The notes under the pieces are model-generated. The model did no database searches, was not told where the DNA came from, and saw nothing but the letters and a program-made list of their open reading frames with translations. A stretch of DNA of 32,000 bases. It comes from Nitrosomonas europaea (GTDB lineage Bacteria > Pseudomonadota > Gammaproteobacteria > Burkholderiales > Nitrosomonadaceae). Positions 27,228-32,000 of the stretch are shown here, piece after piece. Within the stretch, counting starts at the first letter, position 1. The number at the start of each line of letters is the position of its first letter. A program made the position numbers and the translations under genes. The DNA lies in NCBI RefSeq assembly GCF_900167395.1, contig NZ_FUWK01000012.1, positions 1 to 32,000 on the forward strand, read 5' to 3'.

Positions 27228-29726
27228 ATGAGTAAAAAACTGATCATTGCCGAAAAGCCTTCTGTTGCCAGTGACATTGCGCGTGCCCTGGGTGGGTTTG
27301 TCAAGCAGAAGGATTATTTTGAGAGCGATGAGTTTGTGGTGTCCTCGGCAATCGGGCATTTGCTGGAGCTGATCGTCCCGGAAGAATATGAAGTCAAACG
27401 GGGAAAATGGAGTTTTGACCATTTGCCTGTTATTCCTCCGCGTTTTGATCTTGCTCCGATCGAAAAGACGACAGATCGTCTGAAGCTGCTCAGCAAACTG
27501 ATCAAGCGAAAGGATGTCGATATGCTGATCAATGCTTGTGATGCTGGGCGTGAAGGTGAACTGATTTTCCGTTACATCGTGCGCCATGTCGGCAGCAAGA
27601 AACCTATCAAGCGCTTGTGGCTGCAATCCATGACCCCGTCAGCCATACGCGAAGCTTTTGCAAATCTGTTGAATGATGCTGAAGTACAGTCTCTGGCAGA
27701 TGCGGCTGTCAGCCGATCAGAGGCGGACTGGCTGGTGGGAATCAATGGCACACGTGTCATGACCGCATTCAATTCACAGGAAGGTGGATTCCATAAAACT
27801 ACGGTCGGTCGGGTACAGACACCGACACTTGCCATACTGGTCGAACGGGAAGAAGCGATCAAAAAGTTCGTGGTGCGGGATTACTGGGAAGTTCATGCTA
27901 CTTTCCAGGCAGAAAGTGGTGTTTATAAAGGAAAGTGGTTTGATGAAGGTTTCAGTAAGCGTAAGGATGAATCTGAATCCAGAGCAGATCGAATTTGGGA
28001 CCATGCCAAGGCAGAAGTAATCCGTGATAAATGTGCAGGACGAACCGGGGTCGTTACCGAAGAAAGCAAGCCATCCCGGGAAAATTGTCCTCTGCTGTAC
28101 GATCTGACCAGTCTGCAACGTGATGCCAACAGCCGTTTCGGTTTTTCCGCCAAGGTGACATTGGGGCTTGCGCAGGCGCTGTATGAAAAACATAAGGTGC
28201 TGACTTATCCCCGTACTGATTCGCGTGCGCTTCCGGAGGATTATCCGGCGATCGTCAAAGATACGTTGCAAGTGCTGAAGGGATCACGTTACGACCGATT
28301 TGCCAGCCAGATTCTGGAATCAGACTGGGTAAAGCCGAACAAGCGAATCTTCAATAATGCCAAGGTTTCCGATCACTTTGCAATCATACCTACTGCCCTG
28401 GTGCCAAAGAAACTCAATGAAGCGGAGGAGAAACTCTACGATCTGGTCACCAAACGTTTTCTGGCGATTTTTTATCCGGCAGCAGAATTTCTGATCACGA
28501 CCCGTATCACGCGCGTGGAAAATGAACCTTTCAAAACAGAAGGCAAGGTGTTGGTACATGCCGGCTGGCAGACGGTTTATGGCAAGGTGGAATCCGCCCA
28601 GGGGCAGGAAGAGGAATCGGTACTGGTGGCAGTCACACCGGGCGAGACAGTACTGGCACAGGAAGTGGCAGTCGTGGCCGGTAAGACACGTCCTCCTGCC
28701 AGATATAACGAGTCTACGTTGCTGTCAGCGATGGAAGGTGCCGGAAAACTGGTGGAAGATGAAGAATTACGTGCAGCCATGAGTGCCAAGGGGTTGGGTA
28801 CGCCTGCTACGCGTGCCGCCATCATAGAGGGATTGATTCACGAAAACTATGTCGAGCGTTCAGGAAGAGAGTTACAGCCGACAGCCAAAGCATTTTCGCT
28901 GGTGACGCTGTTGCGGGGGCTCAAAATTCCAGAGCTGATTTCTCCCGAGTTGACCGGCGACTGGGAATTCAAATTGCGCCAGATCGAGCAGGGTCAGCTC
29001 AAGCGTGATGTTTTCATGGAAAAGATTGCGGCGATGACGCGTCATATCGTCGAACAGGCCAAGAATCATCGTGATAAAACCATCAGCGGGGATTTTGCGA
29101 CACTTCAGGTACCTTGTCCCGGATGTGGTGGGGTGATAAAAGAAACGTACAAAAAATTTCAGTGTCAGCAATGTGATTTTGCATTGTGGAAAATTCTGGC
29201 GGGGCGACAATTCGAGGCAGCGGAAATGGAGACATTGATCTCTACTCGTGAGATTGGCCCTTTATCGGGTTTCCGCAGCAAAATGGGGCGTGCGTTCAAC
29301 GCAATTGTCAGGCTGACGGACGACTATGAAATGAAGTTTGATTTTGGCAATGAGGCTGATCAGGCACAGGAAAAAGTCGATTTTTCAGCGCAGCAACCAC
29401 TTGGAAAATGTCCTCAGTGCGGTCACTCTGTTTATGAGCACAAATTGCTTTATGTTTGTGAAAAGTCGGTTGGAGCGGGCGCTCCCTGCAGTTTCAGAAC
29501 CGGGAAAATTATCTTGAATCGTGCTATTGAGGCGGAACAGGTAGTCAAGTTGCTACAGACAGGAAGAACGGATCTGCTGGCCGGATTTGTTTCCAGGAAA
29601 GGGCGGCCATTTTCTGCTTATCTGGTCGTAGGGCCGGCAGGAAAGATCGGGTTCGAGTTTGAACAGAAAAAAACAAAGAGCAAACCTGCGGATACTGTTC
29701 CGGAAACCGGTAAAGCTGCTTCCTGA
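27228..29726 (+). CDS. topB: Type IA DNA topoisomerase, topoisomerase III-like, with C-terminal zinc ribbons
   Basis: Toprim motifs LIIAEKPSVA and CDAGREGE are of the TopB type (B. subtilis TopB has ATDAGREGE). The active-site tyrosine lies in LTYPRTDSRALP. The C-terminus has CPGCGG...CQQC and CPQCGH...C modules plus an SRKGRPFSAYL repeat. Confidence 0.88.
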   Translation: MSKKLIIAEKPSVASDIARALGGFVKQKDYFESDEFVVSSAIGHLLELIVPEEYEVKRGKWSFDHLPVIPPRFDLAPIEKTTDRLKLLSKLIKRKDVDMLINACDAGREGELIFRYIVRHVGSKKPIKRLWLQSMTPSAIREAFANLLNDAEVQSLADAAVSRSEADWLVGINGTRVMTAFNSQEGGFHKTTVGRVQTPTLAILVEREEAIKKFVVRDYWEVHATFQAESGVYKGKWFDEGFSKRKDESESRADRIWDHAKAEVIRDKCAGRTGVVTEESKPSRENCPLLYDLTSLQRDANSRFGFSAKVTLGLAQALYEKHKVLTYPRTDSRALPEDYPAIVKDTLQVLKGSRYDRFASQILESDWVKPNKRIFNNAKVSDHFAIIPTALVPKKLNEAEEKLYDLVTKRFLAIFYPAAEFLITTRITRVENEPFKTEGKVLVHAGWQTVYGKVESAQGQEEESVLVAVTPGETVLAQEVAVVAGKTRPPARYNESTLLSAMEGAGKLVEDEELRAAMSAKGLGTPATRAAIIEGLIHENYVERSGRELQPTAKAFSLVTLLRGLKIPELISPELTGDWEFKLRQIEQGQLKRDVFMEKIAAMTRHIVEQAKNHRDKTISGDFATLQVPCPGCGGVIKETYKKFQCQQCDFALWKILAGRQFEAAEMETLISTREIGPLSGFRSKMGRAFNAIVRLTDDYEMKFDFGNEADQAQEKVDFSAQQPLGKCPQCGHSVYEHKLLYVCEKSVGAGAPCSFRTGKIILNRAIEAEQVVKLLQTGRTDLLAGFVSRKGRPFSAYLVVGPAGKIGFEFEQKKTKSKPADTVPETGKAAS

Positions 29727-29770
29727 TCTGGTTGGCAGTTTTCTTGCGTATTTCCGGAATAGTGATCGGG

Positions 29771-30022
29771 TCAGGCATAGACGTAGATAAGGTAACGTAC
29801 AATACCTGACACGGCAGTAATGAGGATGGACAAACTGCCTACCAGTGCGAGTCCTTCGATAATGAAGAAAGTCAGTGCATGACCAAGGCTTTTGTATTCT
29901 ATTTCTCCCGTCTCATTACGTCTCCGATCCTTGCGAACCTTGGTCCAGTAGAGAATCATGAAAGCGATTGGAAGGGCCAGAATTGAGTAAAGCAGGGTAG
30001 TTATCGGTGCGGTATCTTCCAT
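29771..30022 (-). CDS. Small membrane protein, 83 aa, two TM helices, unknown function
   Basis: GAGG lies 7 nt upstream of the ATG. Two clear hydrophobic helices are separated by the charged loop KVRKDRRRNETGEIEYK. I recognise no family. Confidence 0.5.
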   Translation of the reverse strand: MEDTAPITTLLYSILALPIAFMILYWTKVRKDRRRNETGEIEYKSLGHALTFFIIEGLALVGSLSILITAVSGIVRYLIYVYA

Positions 30023-30110
30023 CTGTTGACCTCGTTGAATATGAATGAAATGAGTATAAGAAAAGGGGGGTATTGTATTTGATCTGCGGTAGCTTTAGTA
30101 GACGGTTGCG

Positions 30111-30335
30111 TCAATGTCCGGTATCCCTGGAAAAACAGGTTGGTTTACCGACAAAGCTGTTCAATAAGAAGTGTTGTAATAAGGAATTTTTTGGATGTGT
30201 TGCTGAAGAGCGGCGTTGAACGACATGAGAACGGGTTTGCCAGATTGAATATACTTTTTTATCCAGAACATGATCTGCGAAATCAGATTCATCAACATCC
30301 TCAAAATTGTTGGGCCGGTGAAAGGAAATTTTCAT
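30111..30335 (-). CDS. Hypothetical 74-aa protein (weak call)
   Basis: Internal ATG of track ORF 30111-30419: MKISFHRPNNFEDVDESDFADHVLDKKVYSIWQTRSH... It has no obvious Shine-Dalgarno and no recognisable motif. It may be non-coding or a gene remnant. Confidence 0.25.
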   Translation of the reverse strand: MKISFHRPNNFEDVDESDFADHVLDKKVYSIWQTRSHVVQRRSSATHPKNSLLQHFLLNSFVGKPTCFSRDTGH

Positions 30336-30380
30336 GCAGTAGCTGGCCTTTGTTTTATGCCTGCAGGAGATCGCTAGTTT

Positions 30381-31676
30381 ATGCAATGGCTTGATCTTCC
30401 GCATGTACAGCGTGCACAAGGTAATGTACGCCTGCCGGGTTCGAAAAGTATTTCCAACCGCATTCTTTTGCTGTCTGCGCTGGCTGAAGGCACTACGATG
30501 GTCAGCAACCTGCTGGAGTCCGACGATACCGGGCGGATGCTGGATGCATTAAGGCTGCTCGGGGTGGCGATCGTTCGCACCGATGATGGCAAATACCGGG
30601 TGGCAGGATGTAAAGGGAAATTCCCGGTAAGAGAAGCCGAACTGTTTCTGGGAAATGCCGGGACGGCTTTTCGTCCGCTGACTGCAGTGCTGGCACTGAT
30701 GCAGGGTCATTATCGTCTTTCCGGTGTGCCACGAATGCACGAGCGTCCGATCGGAGATCTGGTGGATGCATTACGCCAGATCGGGGCTGTAATCACCTGT
30801 CTTGAGCATGAAGGTTTCCCGCCGCTGGAGATCCACCCGGCGGTAATTCGTCCAGGTAATATCTCCATCAAAGGGAATATTTCCAGCCAGTTTCTCAGCG
30901 GATTGCTGATGGCGCTGCCGCTGACGGGCGAGCCGGTAACCATCGTTGTCAGTGGTACGCTTATTTCACAGCCTTATGTGGCACTCACGATTGCACAAAT
31001 GGCACGTTTCGGCGTGCAGGTTAAACAGGAATCCTGGCAGCGCTTTATGCTGCCCGAAAATCAGACTTATCGCAGTCCGGGAAAGATTGCAGTCGAGGGA
31101 GATGCATCCTCTGCTTCTTACTTTCTTGCGGCTGGGGCCATTGCGGGTGGTCCGGTACGGATCGAGGGTGCGGGGAGTGACAGCTGTCAGGGAGATATCC
31201 GCTTCGTTGAAGCACTCGAGGCGATGGGAGCACGTATCAGCATGGGGAGTGACTGGATAGAATCTGGCGCTCCTGATGGTGGGGCCTTGAAGGCGATTGA
31301 TTTCGACTGTAACCATATTCCTGATGCAGCCATGACATTGGCGACAATGGCCTTGTTTGCACGAGGTACTACCACGCTCAGGAATATTGCGAGCTGGCGG
31401 GTCAAGGAAACCGACCGGATTGCAGCGATGTCTGCGGAACTGCGCAAACTGGGTGCCCGGGTCGAGGCAGGAGATGATTTTCTGCGAATTACGCCACCCG
31501 ATGGTCCGCTTACTGCGGATGCCGTTATCGATACTTACGATGATCACCGGATGGCCATGTGTTTTTCCCTGGTGTCATTGAGTGTGCCGGTGCGTATCAA
31601 TGACCCGGGGTGTGTGGCTAAAACTTTCCCGGATTATTTCGAGAAATTTGCAGCCATTACCCATACTCCTTTCTGA
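30381..31676 (+). CDS. aroA: 3-phosphoshikimate 1-carboxyvinyltransferase (EPSP synthase)
   Basis: Motifs [31 protein letters not shown] and DHRMAM are present. 431 aa with AGGAG upstream. Confidence 0.95.
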   Translation: MQWLDLPHVQRAQGNVRLPGSKSISNRILLLSALAEGTTMVSNLLESDDTGRMLDALRLLGVAIVRTDDGKYRVAGCKGKFPVREAELFLGNAGTAFRPLTAVLALMQGHYRLSGVPRMHERPIGDLVDALRQIGAVITCLEHEGFPPLEIHPAVIRPGNISIKGNISSQFLSGLLMALPLTGEPVTIVVSGTLISQPYVALTIAQMARFGVQVKQESWQRFMLPENQTYRSPGKIAVEGDASSASYFLAAGAIAGGPVRIEGAGSDSCQGDIRFVEALEAMGARISMGSDWIESGAPDGGALKAIDFDCNHIPDAAMTLATMALFARGTTTLRNIASWRVKETDRIAAMSAELRKLGARVEAGDDFLRITPPDGPLTADAVIDTYDDHRMAMCFSLVSLSVPVRINDPGCVAKTFPDYFEKFAAITHTPF

Positions 31677-31856
31677 GAGTACATTGAGTCAGGAATGATC
31701 GATACTGGAAGAAACCACGGATGATGTCCGTGGAGGATGGTTCTGGACGAATGTTTTCAGGTATCCGGTGATCTTTGTAAAATAATAAATAACATCAGTA
31801 TTTTAAGGGAGCAAACAGAATCCCAGAGCCTGTCATTTGGCCGGGGTCAACAGATT

Positions 31857-32000
31857 ATGGATAAACAGAATGTACCGGTAATTACGCTGGATGGCCCTTC
31901 CGCATCAGGAAAAGGCACAATTGCCCGCCTCGTATCACAGGCACTTGGATTCCACTATCTTGACAGTGGCGCACTCTACCGTCTGGTAGCGCTGGCAGCC
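31857..32000 (+). CDS. cmk: Cytidylate kinase, N-terminal 48 codons (partial at window end)
   Basis: My translation from ATG 31857: [48 protein letters not shown]. It has the P-loop and the LDSGA.YR motif typical of Cmk. The aroA-cmk synteny is common. Confidence 0.9.
   Translation, partial: MDKQNVPVITLDGPSASGKGTIARLVSQALGFHYLDSGALYRLVALAA

Noticed and set aside
30979-30994. Sigma54-like TGGCAC...TTGC motif
   Set aside because: The spacing is 6 nt rather than 5, it lies inside the aroA coding region, and no gene downstream would need it.

Overview
This is a roughly 50% GC chromosomal window with betaproteobacterial-type gene order: aroK-aroB-dgt, def-fmt-rsmB-DUF4390-ntrY-ntrX, dprA-smg-topB and aroA-cmk. 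The many Fec-type iron modules hit by IS elements are reminiscent of Nitrosomonas-like genomes, but I cannot verify the organism from here. About 25 kb (6.3-32 kb) is ordinary, tightly packed housekeeping DNA. The only accessory segment is 1-6.3 kb. It starts with an edge-truncated IS5-family transposase on the minus strand, which the ORF track misses because it has no stop in the window. That element sits immediately upstream of a FecR-type anti-sigma gene. Next come a perfect 26-bp palindrome, a frameshifted FecA/FoxA-type TonB-dependent transducer, two small membrane proteins and a FoxB/PiuB-like PepSY membrane protein. From about 2.2 kb to 6.24 kb the DNA is clearly GC-richer than the rest of the window. 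I read this as a decaying, mosaic cell-surface-signalling iron-uptake module, not a convincing new defence or other system. The other item worth a look is an NtrX response regulator whose AAA+ motifs are degenerate. I saw no CRISPR array, rRNA or prophage.
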